64,000 nt of DNA. Source: an uncultured delta proteobacterium. Lineage in GTDB: Bacteria > Myxococcota > Kuafuiibacteriia > Kuafuiibacteriales > Kuafuiibacteriaceae. The DNA is taken from NCBI GenBank assembly GCA_963803435.1, contig CAWDML010000012.1, positions 131,317 to 195,316 of the forward strand. The letters run 5' to 3'. Of the stretch, positions 1-9,891 are shown piece after piece. The translations under genes were made by a program, and so were the position numbers. The notes below the pieces were generated by a model. The model made no database searches and was not told where the DNA came from. It saw only the letters and a list, made by a program, of their open reading frames with translations. Each line of letters begins with the position of its first letter. Position 1 is the stretch's first letter.

Positions 1-3000
1 GGGATCTCCACCGCTCGGAGCAACGCCGAACGCACGGCCTGGAGCCGCGGCTGATCCTCGCCTCCGCTCGCCGCGAAGCGGTCCGCCACGTGGAGCCACA
101 ACGGCGCGCGCTCGAGCGCAGGCAACATCGGCTCGAGCGCGCCGGCGGCCGCGAGCGCACGTTCGCGATCGCGCTCACCCTGGGAGAGCAGCTGGTCGAG
201 CACGGTACGCAGCATCCACGCGCCCAGGTTCGAGCCGACGTCCTCGAACCGATTCTGCGACGACAGCAGCTCGGCCAGCTTCGTCCGCGCCGGCTCGCAC
301 TCCCGATCGATCGCGATCGCGGCCAGGTACTCCTGCTCGGCGGCGTGTCCGTCGCCGAGCTTCCACTCGAGCGCCTCGGCCAGCTCGACCGTCGCCAGCG
401 CACGCGATCGATCGTCCTCCATCCGCTCGGCCTGACGGCGGAGCACGTCGCAGTAGAGATCGAACCGGCCCTCCTCGAGGAACAGGACCCGCAGCCGATC
501 GAGGGCCGCCTTCTGGAAGTTTCGCGGCGCGGTCTTCACCACCTGCTCGAGCACGTGCACCACGTCGGCAGCCCGACCGTCGACGTCGGTGTAGAGGTCG
601 GCCAGCGCCAGCTGCACCTCGGCGCGCTCCGCGCCGGCCTCCTCCAGGCGGGGCCACAGCGCCTCGGCGGCCTCGATCATCCGCTTCTCGGGACCGGTCT
701 CGCGGACCTCGGCCCATACCTCGCGGAGCGCGTCGATCCCGAGGTTCTCCGCCAGATCGCCGAACCGATCGACCGCGACGTAGAAGCTCCGCAGCGCCTT
801 CCTGGCCGGACCGTAGTCGGGGAGGATCGCCAGCGCCGCCAGATACTCGCGCTCGGCGGCGGCGCCGTCGCCAATGCGCCACTCGAGGACCTCGCCCGCG
901 TGCGTCCTCATGTTCGCACGCACCTCCGGATTGTCGGAGAGATCGACCAGGCTCATCAGCATCCGGACCTGCGTGGCCCAGTCCGAGGTCCGCTCGGTCA
1001 GCTCGAGCCCCCAGTGGAGCGCCGCGGTCAGCGGCGTCGGGTGTGCCGCGATGCGCGTGCGCGTCGAGGGCGGGAGGTACTCGAGCAGCGGGGCGCTCGC
1101 GTGCAGGCGCTCCAGGATCTCGATCGCGCTCGAGAGCTCCGCTTGCGCTCGGGCCGGATCATCGACCTCGGTGCTCGAGAGCTCGGCGCGACGCAGGTGC
1201 GCCGCGGCTCGTTCGGACTGGAAGATCTCGCGCTCCACCAGCTGCCCGAGCGCGACCAGCTCCTCCTCTGGATGGCCGAGCGCGCGCGTGTACGCGGCCG
1301 CTGCGAACAGCGCGCTCGAGGATCGCGGCGACGCCGTGGCCGCTCGACGTACGAACTGGAGCGCGCGCTCCACGTCCTGCCTCGGCACCGGGTAGCCGGC
1401 CTCCACGCTCGCGCGCGGCGCCAGGAGCTCGGCGGCCTCCGCCCACAACGACGCGGCCTCGCCGCCGGTCTGCGACAGCGCCGCCTCCTCGGCCAGCGCG
1501 TCGACCAGCGCCTGGGGCTTTCCGATGTCGCGCAGCAGCGCGATCCGGAGCTGCCGTGCCGCCTCGTTCGTGTGGTCCGCGCGCACCGCCGCCTGCGCCC
1601 GCGACAGCGCGAGCTGGCGGGTCCCCAGCTTCTCGTCGTAGATCCGCGCCGCGCGCAGGTAGTAGCCGCTCTGGCGCGACGGGTCGGTGCTCCGCTCGGC
1701 GGACTCCACCAGCACGCCGGCCAGCTCGGAGAACTGACCACCCTGCTCCAGGCGGCCGATCAGCTCCTCGTCCAGGAGGTCCGCGATCTCGGATCCCTCG
1801 GGTGCCAGCGAGCGCCCGCGGCGGAGCGAGTCGAGCGCCGCCCGCTCGTCGTCGAGCGCGGTGGCCTCGACCGTCGCCTTCTCGAGGAGAAGCTTCGCCG
1901 ACATCATCGGCGGCGACACCACGGCCCGCCGGCCCAGCACCTCGACCAGGAGCGGATGATCGCCCTGCTCGCGCGCGTGCAGCTCGAGCCGCTCGATCGA
2001 CGCCTCCATCCAGATCGCCTGCTCACCGGGCGGAACCAGCGCCAGCAACGCCCGATCGTGGTCGATCGCCCGGGGCCGCTCGCCGATCTGCGCGTAGAGC
2101 CGGGCGGCCCGTACGTGGAGGTCGATCGACTCTTCCTTCTTGTCTGCGTCGCTCGCCAGCCGCGCCGCTCGGCCGTAGGCCGCTGCGGCCTTCGATCCCT
2201 CCTGCGCACGCTCGGCCGCCTCGCCCAGACGCACCGCGATCACGGCGGAGGTCGGGAACTCTTCGGCCGCCTCCTCGAGGCACGCGACCGCCTCGGCCCA
2301 ACGCTTGGCCGAGTCGAGCACCCGCGCCTGCTCGAGCCGCAGTCGCTCGCGCACCGCCGGATCCGCCGCCGCGCCGGCGCGCCGCCCCACCACGTCCGAC
2401 AGGAGCAGCGGATCGTTCCGCTTCTTCGCGATCGACTCCAGGACGTCGAAGGCGGACTCCATCACCGCCGGATCCCCACCCTCGAAGGTCAACACCTCGA
2501 TCGCGTCGTCGACATCGTGCTGGGCCTGCACGTCGTCGTTCAGCCGCGCGCTGATTCGCGCCGCCTCGACGAACCGCTCGGCCCGTTCGCTCGCTGGCGT
2601 GGTCGCGATGCGCGCCCGCCGCCGCATGAGCCCTGCCAGCTCCGGGTGCCGGCCGGCCGCGTGGAGGGCCTTCGCCAGCCGGGCGGCCAGCTGCCGGCCC
2701 AGCTCGCTGTCCGGAGCCGCCAGCTCGTGCGCCAGCTCGAGCGCCGAGGCCAGCTCGTTCTCGTCGCCCAGCGCCTCGGCGATCTTGGCCAGATCGACGT
2801 ACAGATCCAGCTTGACCGAGTCGCCCGTGCCACCGGTCCCGTCCTTGACCAGCGCCAACCGCCGGTGCGCCAGCTCGAGGGCACGTTCAAACCGCTCGAG
2901 CTTGATCGCGAGCGCGGTGGCGAGCGCGAGCCGCTCCAGATCTTGCGGCGCGACGTCGAGCGCCGCCGTGGCCGCCGCGTGGGCGTCGGCGTCTCGACCG

Positions 3001-5435
3001 AGCTCGGCGAGCAGGCGTGCGCGCTCGAGAAAGATCTCACCGCGGGCCCGCGCGTCGGGCGTCAGCTCAGCGGCTCGTGCCAGCACGTCGGCGAGCCGGG
3101 CTCGATCCTCGCGCGTCCGATAGATCCGGGTGAGCGCGGTGATCGCGCGGGCGCTCCGCGGATCCAGGCCTACCGCCTCCTCATAGGCGCGCGTCGCCTC
3201 CAGCTGGCGCCCGGAGCGCTCGAGCGCCTCGCCCAGGCGCGCCAGGATCCCCGCACGCTCGACGGGCGGATCTTCGAGGAGCAGCCGCCGATCGATCGCG
3301 TCGACGATCGGCTTCGGAGCGCCGATCAACTCCGTGACGGTGACGCGAAGATCCAGGAGCCGGCGGTGGCTCCGGTCCTGCTCGAGCGCGTCCTCGACGT
3401 AGGTGGCGAGCTTCTCCAGGCTGGCCCGATCGTCCTTGCCGAGCAGCGCCCGCTGCGCCCACAGCTCGGCGGCGTCGTCGAGCTCGCCGGCCTCGGCCGC
3501 CAGGCGCCCGCGCTCGAGCAACACCTCGGCGCGCCGGTCGTCCTGTCCGAACATCTCGTAGAGCCGCGCCAGCGCAGTGAGCACCTCGGGCGAGGACGGG
3601 TCGATCGCCTTGGCGGCCTCGTACTGCGCGAGCGCCTCCTCGCGGCCGAGCTGACCCTCGTACAGCTCTCCGGCCAGCTTCCGGATGGCGAAGGCCTCGT
3701 CGGCGTGAACGCTCTTCTTCCGCTCGAGGAGCGCGATCGCGCGTTCCACGGCCTCGATCGCGGCCTCGATACGGCCTCCGTCGACCGCCACCTGCGCCAG
3801 CTCGTACAGCGGCGCCAGCGCCTCGGGATCGAGCTCATGCGCCTTGCGGAAGCGCGTCATCGCCGCCTCGCGATCACGTACCCGCCAGAAGCGCCCCAGC
3901 ACCAGGCACAGGCGCGAGGCGCGAGGTCGATCGGCCTCGCGTTCGGCCCGGTCGATCAGCGTCTCGAGGATCGAAGCGGCGCGCCGCGGATCGCCCTGAT
4001 CGATCACCGCCCGCGCCAGACCCTCGAGCGCGCGGCCGTCGTCCGGGACCAGCCGCAGCGCGCGCTCGAACTCGCGCTTCGCCTGCGCCGGATCTCTCAG
4101 CGGATCGCGCAGGAGCTCCCCGGCCACGATGTGACCGAGCGCCCGCCGCTTCGCGTCGCGACCGATGTTGGCGAGCCGTCGGGCGGCGCGCACCGCAGCG
4201 CTGGCCCGGCCCACACGCGGGAGCTCTTCGATCAGCCCCTCGAGCGCATCGGGATCATCCGCGCGCACTGCGATCGCCTCCTCGAGCAGACGCACCCGCT
4301 CCTGCGCCAGGTCCTTCCGGTGGCGGGCCGCCGCCATGAACGCCATCCCGGCCAGCCGGCGCCGACCGCGCTTGCGCAGCGCGCGGGCCGCTTGCTCGTA
4401 GACGATCGCGGCCTGCTCGGAGAACCCGTCCTTCGAAGCGAGCGCGCCCTTGGCCAGGAGCGCCGGCACGGCCTCCGGGTTGCGGGCCAGCTCGTCGTCC
4501 GCCAGATCGCTGGTCTCCACCGCGAGATCGGGATCGGCGATCCCGATCGACAGCACGCGCTCGACGACCACGTCGGGACCCCCGCCGGCGTCGAGGGCCG
4601 CCTTGATCTCACGGAAGGCCGCGGGGAGATCGCCCTCCGCCAGCTGAGCGGACGCGTCGGGCGCGATCCGCCCCGCCTCCTCGCGGGCCATCGCGAACAG
4701 CGCGGCGTCGTCGAGGCTCTCTGGATCCGCGATCGAAGGGCGCTTGGTCACCGGTTGCCCCGCGGCGAACACCAGGGTCCCGTCGGCGCGCGCCTCGATC
4801 GACCGCACCGCGACGTGTTCGTGTGCAGGCATCTTCCAGCCGTACGGCGGCAACAACGACCACAGGAGCACTTCGACCGGATCGAACGCGAACGAGGTCC
4901 GGCCCACGCGGCGGACCGACTGGCCCGCGCGCTCACCCAGACCGGCGAAGAGCCCGCGGATCGCAGCCTCGAGCAGATCGGGGAGCATGATCGCCGGGTA
5001 CGCGACCCAGTCGAAGGAGAAGGCGTCGACCACGAACAGCCGCGCGGCCCTCGGCTCCGCCGGGCCCAGCACGAGGCTCGCCGCCACCGGTGCGCGACGC
5101 CCGCCGGTCACCAGCTCACCCTCGAGCATCAGGCCGCCGGCGTCGGGCACCAGCCGCACCCACGCCAGCGGGCTCTCCTTCGCGGCCAGGACCGCGCCGA
5201 TACGCTCGGACAGGGCCGCCAGATCGATCGCGATCTCGACGTGACGGAGGCGGGTCGAATTGCGCTGAAAGTCCTTGGCACCCCCGGTGACGTCGAGCGG
5301 CAGCTCCACGTCGAGCAGCTCGAGGTCCAGCGCTTGGACCGTCAGTCCTTCGGCCAGGCGCCGGTCTCGGAGCGAGACCATCGCAACGCCCTCGGCGAAG
5401 CCGAGCGAGAGCCCGAGCGTCGGATTGGAGGCCAC
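1..5435 (-). CDS. Giant tetratricopeptide-repeat protein (myxobacterial type), >1800 aa, 3' end beyond the window
   Basis: Minus frame antisense to the 2100-aa plus 'ORF' starts at GTG 5435 and has no stop in the parts I read (5' part and window edge). It reads MASNPTLGLSLGFAEG... then helical TPR-like units (e.g. AQAKREFERALRLVPDDGRALEGLARA). Absent from the ORF track, presumably because its stop lies outside the window. Confidence 0.85.
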   Translation of the reverse strand, partial: MASNPTLGLSLGFAEGVAMVSLRDRRLAEGLTVQALDLELLDVELPLDVTGGAKDFQRNSTRLRHVEIAIDLAALSERIGAVLAAKESPLAWVRLVPDAGGLMLEGELVTGGRRAPVAASLVLGPAEPRAARLFVVDAFSFDWVAYPAIMLPDLLEAAIRGLFAGLGERAGQSVRRVGRTSFAFDPVEVLLWSLLPPYGWKMPAHEHVAVRSIEARADGTLVFAAGQPVTKRPSIADPESLDDAALFAMAREEAGRIAPDASAQLAEGDLPAAFREIKAALDAGGGPDVVVERVLSIGIADPDLAVETSDLADDELARNPEAVPALLAKGALASKDGFSEQAAIVYEQAARALRKRGRRRLAGMAFMAAARHRKDLAQERVRLLEEAIAVRADDPDALEGLIEELPRVGRASAAVRAARRLANIGRDAKRRALGHIVAGELLRDPLRDPAQAKREFERALRLVPDDGRALEGLARAVIDQGDPRRAASILETLIDRAEREADRPRASRLCLVLGRFWRVRDREAAMTRFRKAHELDPEALAPLYELAQVAVDGGRIEAAIEAVERAIALLERKKSVHADEAFAIRKLAGELYEGQLGREEALAQYEAAKAIDPSSPEVLTALARLYEMFGQDDRRAEVLLERGRLAAEAGELDDAAELWAQRALLGKDDRASLEKLATYVEDALEQDRSHRRLLDLRVTVTELIGAPKPIVDAIDRRLLLEDPPVERAGILARLGEALERSGRQLEATRAYEEAVGLDPRSARAITALTRIYRTREDRARLADVLARAAELTPDARARGEIFLERARLLAELGRDADAHAAATAALDVAPQDLERLALATALAIKLERFERALELAHRRLALVKDGTGGTGDSVKLDLYVDLAKIAEALGDENELASALELAHELAAPDSELGRQLAARLAKALHAAGRHPELAGLMRRRARIATTPASERAERFVEAARISARLNDDVQAQHDVDDAIEVLTFEGGDPAVMESAFDVLESIAKKRNDPLLLSDVVGRRAGAAADPAVRERLRLEQARVLDSAKRWAEAVACLEEAAEEFPTSAVIAVRLGEAAERAQEGSKAAAAYGRAARLASDADKKEESIDLHVRAARLYAQIGERPRAIDHDRALLALVPPGEQAIWMEASIERLELHAREQGDHPLLVEVLGRRAVVSPPMMSAKLLLEKATVEATALDDERAALDSLRRGRSLAPEGSEIADLLDEELIGRLEQGGQFSELAGVLVESAERSTDPSRQSGYYLRAARIYDEKLGTRQLALSRAQAAVRADHTNEAARQLRIALLRDIGKPQALVDALAEEAALSQTGGEAASLWAEAAELLAPRASVEAGYPVPRQDVERALQFVRRAATASPRSSSALFAAAAYTRALGHPEEELVALGQLVEREIFQSERAAAHLRRAELSSTEVDDPARAQAELSSAIEILERLHASAPLLEYLPPSTRTRIAAHPTPLTAALHWGLELTERTSDWATQVRMLMSLVDLSDNPEVRANMRTHAGEVLEWRIGDGAAAEREYLAALAILPDYGPARKALRSFYVAVDRFGDLAENLGIDALREVWAEVRETGPEKRMIEAAEALWPRLEEAGAERAEVQLALADLYTDVDGRAADVVHVLEQVVKTAPRNFQKAALDRLRVLFLEEGRFDLYCDVLRRQAERMEDDRSRALATVELAEALEWKLGDGHAAEQEYLAAIAIDRECEPARTKLAELLSSQNRFEDVGSNLGAWMLRTVLDQLLSQGERDRERALAAAGALEPMLPALERAPLWLHVADRFAASGGEDQPRLQAVRSALLRAVEI

Positions 5436-5480
5436 GCCGTGGGTTTCACACGGGCCTGTTTGGGGCGCAAGGTGCGCGCG

Positions 5481-6125
5481 TCACCTGACACCGACGCCGG
5501 AGCACCCACGAGCCAACCGCATGAAGAGATCGCGGATCAGCTCGCCGGTGTCGCTGGAGGCACGTGCGTACGGCTCCGCCGCTCGGGCGAGGACATCCTG
5601 GTACGCCGGGTGCGGCTCGAGCTCGAAGCTGTGCCCGTCCGGATCGCCGGCGCAGCGCTCGGGCGGCCCGAAGCTGAAGTACGTGCGGCAGGTCTCGGGC
5701 CTGATCTCCCGGATGCCGCAGGTCCCCTGAGCCGTGAGGAAGACACAGGGAAGACCGAGCCGCGCGTAGACCCGATCCGGGTCGGGCCCACCGATCGCCC
5801 GATGGGCCTCGAGGCGGCGCCCGAGCTCGATCAGGACGCGCGCGACGTCGCCCGAAGACTCGACGTACCGAGCGATGCGCTCGATCTCGAACGCCTTCAC
5901 GCCCGGGACCCACTGATGGCAGCACTGAGTGCAACCCACCTTGCATGCGATTGGTGCGCCCCGGACCGCCTCCTCGCAGAAGGCGTCGAGCGCCTCGTAG
6001 ACGATTGGAAGCCGCGCCTCGAGACGTTCCGGATCCTTCCGCAGGATCTCGGCCAGCTCGACCGCCTCGGCGAACGCCCGCTCGCCGGCGTGATCGGCCG
6101 CCTCGGTCATCGCGATCGGCACCAC
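5481..6125 (-). CDS. YkgJ-family (CxxCxxCC) Zn/Fe-chelating protein
   Basis: CKVGCTQCC, CVFL, C..REIRPETCRTY motifs. Confidence 0.85.
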   Translation of the reverse strand: MVPIAMTEAADHAGERAFAEAVELAEILRKDPERLEARLPIVYEALDAFCEEAVRGAPIACKVGCTQCCHQWVPGVKAFEIERIARYVESSGDVARVLIELGRRLEAHRAIGGPDPDRVYARLGLPCVFLTAQGTCGIREIRPETCRTYFSFGPPERCAGDPDGHSFELEPHPAYQDVLARAAEPYARASSDTGELIRDLFMRLARGCSGVGVR

Positions 6126-6172
6126 GCCGTCATAGTCCGGAATCGGCGCATTCGCTATTCAAGCGGCGCCCC

Positions 6173-7237
6173 ATGTTGCATGACCGAGCCGTGCGGAGAC
6201 GTAGGTGGGCAATCACAGCACTCATCGCCGCGACGATTGCCCTCCACGTCGCCTTCCTCGTCGCGGCGGCGCCGGCCCCGGCGGTCCCGCCACGCATTCG
6301 CTCGCCGTGTTCGGCGCCCGCATCCGCGACGCGCGCACCGCGACGCTCCCGACCTCCCTGGTGATCGAGGACGGCCGGATCACCGCGATTGACGGGCCCA
6401 TCCCCGAAGACCTGCCGCGCTTCGACGCCGGCGGCCGGTTCGTGGTGCCGGGCCTGGTCGACGCCCACGCGCACATGCTCCGCGCCGGACGGTGCGGCGG
6501 GGACGAGGGCGTCGCGTGGTCGAACGTGCGCCAGATCCCGATGAGCTTCGACGTCGCGCTTCGCTACGGGCAGACCACGGTGGTCGATTCTCGCCGGGCC
6601 CCTCCGCATGGTGGTCCGGATGCGCGACGACCTCGCCGCCGAGCGCGCGCTGGCCCCCCGGTATCTGGTCGCGGGTCCCATCCTGACGGCGCCCAGCGGC
6701 TATCCGCTCGACTGGGCCGACCGCGAGCTGGTGGTGGATCAGCTCGAGGTCGTCGTCGAGCTGCCCGACGTGGCGACCGCGATCCGAACGGTCGATTGGC
6801 TGGCGGCCGCCGGGGTCGACGTCATCAAGATCGCGACGATGGAGCTCGCATACAACGAGCACCGCTCCCGACGATCGCGCCGCCGGTGTTCCGAGCGGCC
6901 GTCGAGGCCGCCCACCGCCACCACCTGCGCGTCTTCGTGCATGCCCACAGCGATGCCGGCTATCGAGCGGCGCTCGACGCTGGCGCCGACGTGCTGGCCC
7001 ACAGCGCCTTCGATCCGCTCGCCGACGAGACGATTGAGCGCGCCGCCACCTCGAGCGTGGTGGTGCTCCCGACCCTCTGGGTCTTCGGCGCCTTCGAGGC
7101 CGCACGCACCGACCCGACGGTCCTCGCCGAGGCCGAGCGCCAGCTGGTCCCCGATCCCCCTCACCCGCGATCCGGAGCCGCCCGGCCTCCTGCGGACGCT
7201 GCGAACGGTGGTCACGCTGATCGAGGCGATGCTCTGA
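6173..7237 (+). pseudogene. Amidohydrolase family protein, frameshifted and apparently 3'-truncated
   Basis: N-terminal TM segment; PGLVDAHAH, GVDVIKI, VHAH and DVLAH motifs spread over alternating frames (shifts ~6290, ~6590, ~6860); C-terminal GTD motif not seen. Confidence 0.7.
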
Positions 7238-7239
7238 GC

Positions 7240-8217
7240 TCAGGGCGAGCGATGGAGCAGGATGGGGCGCGTCTCGCCGCCCGCGCCGCTGACGCTGCCG
7301 GCCGCCCAAACGTCGTCGTGGGAGGGACCCCAGAAGCCGGTGATGGCGCCGGCGCCACCGGCGAACTCGCGGCACCACCCGCCGGCCTCGTCCCAGAAGA
7401 AGATCGAGCTCTCGCTGGAGCCTGCGAACAGGCCGTCCGCATCCACGCCCCAGAGCGCGAAGAAGAAGGCCCGCCGCGGCGCCGCGCCGAAGAGCCAGCG
7501 GTCGCGATCGAACATGGCGAAGCCGGGCAGATCCTCGTCGTTGTGTCCGAGGGCCCAGACGCGGCCCGGGCCCTTGCCCCAGATCGCGGTCAACCGTCCG
7601 GAGCGTTCGACTCGGATCGTGCTGAAGCGCGCGCCGTCGTACTGGAAGGTCTCGGTGTTGGCGACGATCCGGACGTCGTTCGGTCCGGCCGCCCAGATCG
7701 CGTTCATCGGTCCGTCCGGCCAGGCGGGCTCGACGATCACGTCGCTCCCGTCGAACGCCCGCACACCCTCGTCGCCGATCATCCAGACCCGGTCCGGAGC
7801 GATCGCCCAGAGCCCGACCAGGATCTCCCGCGTGTGTGTTTCGATCGGCGTGAATCGATCGCGCTCGAGTCGCGCCGCGAACCCGTCGCGACCGACCACC
7901 CAGACGTCACCGGCGCTCGAGCCATGGATCGCCATGAGGTCGCCGGCCGCCACGCTGTAGTCGGTCCACTCTCCGTCCTGATAGCGGAGGATCGTGCCGT
8001 GGCCGCCGGCGAACCAGAGCGCGCCGTCGCCCGCGCTCCAGAGGTCGGCGAGCCCGGCGTCGGTGGGGACCGCGAGCTCGCTCCAGGGCGACCGGTCGCT
8101 GCAGGGGACGTCGAGCACCGGGGGCGGCGGCTCGAACGTCTCGGCGGGGAAGAGCTGGGCCCGCTCTCCGTCACCACACGCGAAGGCCGCGGCGACCAGC
8201 CAGGCTGCGCGACGCAC
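7240..8217 (-). CDS. Lipoprotein with W-x-x-G/D-V-W beta-propeller-like repeats
   Basis: Lipobox AAFAC; repeats LWSAGDGALWFAG, IHGSSAGDVWVVG, IWGKGPGRVWALG, FWGPSHDDVWAAG. Confidence 0.75.
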   Translation of the reverse strand: MRRAAWLVAAAFACGDGERAQLFPAETFEPPPPVLDVPCSDRSPWSELAVPTDAGLADLWSAGDGALWFAGGHGTILRYQDGEWTDYSVAAGDLMAIHGSSAGDVWVVGRDGFAARLERDRFTPIETHTREILVGLWAIAPDRVWMIGDEGVRAFDGSDVIVEPAWPDGPMNAIWAAGPNDVRIVANTETFQYDGARFSTIRVERSGRLTAIWGKGPGRVWALGHNDEDLPGFAMFDRDRWLFGAAPRRAFFFALWGVDADGLFAGSSESSIFFWDEAGGWCREFAGGAGAITGFWGPSHDDVWAAGSVSGAGGETRPILLHRSP

Positions 8218-8833
8218 GGGTGGAAGATATCTCGGATCGGCGCGGGGTCACCAACTGATAGACGTAGACGGAGGCGCGGCGGCGCCAGCTCATGTCGAGG
8301 TAGAGGACGTCGGAGGGCTCGAACCACTCGTTCGGGTCGAGATCCTGGAGCGTGACGAAGATCAGGCCCTCGTTCAGCAGCGCCAGGTGATGGGCGAGCT
8401 TCTTCATGAACGGCAGCGGGAAGGCGGTGGAGCAGGAGTAGATCACCGTGGCGTCTTCGAGGTCCGAAGTGAGGAAGTTCTCGTTTCTGAACTCGACCTT
8501 CCTCGCCCGGATCACGTCGAGGCTGTGCGCCTCCTCGAGCGCGTCCGTCGCGATGCGCCAGCGGGGCTCGACCAGCTCGATCCCCACGCACTTGGCGCGC
8601 GACGCGATCGCCGCGGTGAGGACCAGCTTTCCCGCGCCGGAGCCGAGATCGTAGAAGCTGTCGTTCCGGTCGAGGCGAAGATAGTCGATCAACCGCAGGG
8701 CCGCCGTCGGCATGATCTCGCCGTACATCGGAGAGGAGCGCGCGCGGTCGACCACGAGCTCGGAGGAGCGTGGGACGCTGAACCCGTCCCGGTGGCGATA
8801 GAGCTTGCGGATGATTTTCCGCGGATCCGTCAT
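8171..8833 (-). CDS. Class I SAM-dependent methyltransferase, DOT1-like
   Basis: YGEI, FYDLGSGAGK, CVGIEL, ENFL..D...ATVIY, C-terminal MSW. Confidence 0.75.
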   Translation of the reverse strand: MTDPRKIIRKLYRHRDGFSVPRSSELVVDRARSSPMYGEIMPTAALRLIDYLRLDRNDSFYDLGSGAGKLVLTAAIASRAKCVGIELVEPRWRIATDALEEAHSLDVIRARKVEFRNENFLTSDLEDATVIYSCSTAFPLPFMKKLAHHLALLNEGLIFVTLQDLDPNEWFEPSDVLYLDMSWRRRASVYVYQLVTPRRSEISSTRASRSLAGRRGLRVW

Positions 8834-8839
8834 GTCAAC

Positions 8840-9811
8840 TCAACTTGCATCCCGCTCGAAGCGTAAGATCCTGAAGCTTTGCGAGGGGACGCGCTCGAAC
8901 CCGAGCTTCTCCAGGAGGCCGATCGAAGGCAACAGCTCCGGCAGCGTTTCCGCGACGACCCGGCGTGCACCCCGATCTCGGGCCCAGCCGAGAAGCGCCT
9001 GCACGGCCTCGCTGGCGAGCCCCTTTCGGTGATGGGTGGGAAGCACCGAGTATCCGACCTCGACCACGCCGTTCGCGTCGGGGGGGCCCTTGAAGCCTGC
9101 GGCGCCGCAGGCGGTGCGCGTCGAGCGCTCGATCAGGTACCAGAGCCACCAGCCGCGCTCGGACGGGCTCTTGCTCAGCTTCTCCGAGGTGAAGCGGAGC
9201 GCGGCCTCGTCGTGGTAGATGGGCGGCCACTCGCGGGGGACGGTGGCGCGCAGGCCCGCGCCCAGAGCTTCGCGGCTCGTGAGGTCCGCGTGGATCAGAT
9301 CGACGGTGGCGGCGGCGAGCTCGAGACGATCGGTCTTGAGGCGCTCGGGCGTGAGCCGGCGAATCAGCGCGGCGTGATCGGGGTGCGAGGCGAGCAGCGC
9401 ATCGCGATCTCCGAGCTCGAAGCCGGAGAGCTCGAAGCCCGGCGCCATCGTCGTCCCCATCAGCGCGAAGCGCCCGCCCTCGACGAGGTGCGAGCCCTGC
9501 CACGCCCCCGCGGGGACCCGGTGCTGGACCGCTTGATCGGCGTCGAGCTCCGACCCTAGCCGTACCACCTCGCTGGTCCCGTCCGGCCGCAGCACCGCGA
9601 GCTCGACCGGGTCGCCCAGGTAGAAGTGATAGATCTCGTCAGACGCCAGGCGGTGCATCAGCCCCGCGCTGTCCGGCGCCAACAGGTAGAAGATCGAGGT
9701 GGCGAAGGGCGTCCGGCTGGTCTCCCGGTAATAGCCACCCTCGAACCCGAGGGGCGTGAGCTCGAGGCGTCGGATGACCTCGTCGACCGAAAGCACCGGA
9801 GGAACGTACAC
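8840..9811 (-). CDS. Cupin_5 (DUF985) domain fused to a GNAT (RimJ/RimL-like) acetyltransferase
   Basis: EGGYYRET..TSIFYLL..HRLASDEIYHFYLGDP..MAPGF, then GFKGPPDANGVVEVGYSV..HRKGLASEA. Confidence 0.85.
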   Translation of the reverse strand: MYVPPVLSVDEVIRRLELTPLGFEGGYYRETSRTPFATSIFYLLAPDSAGLMHRLASDEIYHFYLGDPVELAVLRPDGTSEVVRLGSELDADQAVQHRVPAGAWQGSHLVEGGRFALMGTTMAPGFELSGFELGDRDALLASHPDHAALIRRLTPERLKTDRLELAAATVDLIHADLTSREALGAGLRATVPREWPPIYHDEAALRFTSEKLSKSPSERGWWLWYLIERSTRTACGAAGFKGPPDANGVVEVGYSVLPTHHRKGLASEAVQALLGWARDRGARRVVAETLPELLPSIGLLEKLGFERVPSQSFRILRFERDAS

Positions 9812-9833
9812 TTTCGGTCCTTCCAGGCAATGC

Positions 9834-9891
9834 TTGACAAGTCAGTAGACCAGTCGACATAGTTTGAAGAGCTAATATGAAGAACGGTCTA
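9834..9891 (+). promoter_or_regulatory. Sigma70-type promoter with two LmrA/YxaF-type TetR operator-like sites
   Basis: TTGACA at 9834-9839, CATAGT at 9858-9863; imperfect palindrome GTAGACCAGTCGAC (9845-9858) and AGAACGGTCTA (9881-9891) resemble the TAGACCGGTCTA-type box. Confidence 0.6.

Noticed and set aside
90-6392. 2100-aa plus-strand ORF
   Set aside because: Codon-aligned antisense shadow of the minus-strand TPR and YkgJ genes; Arg-rich with no recognisable domain.
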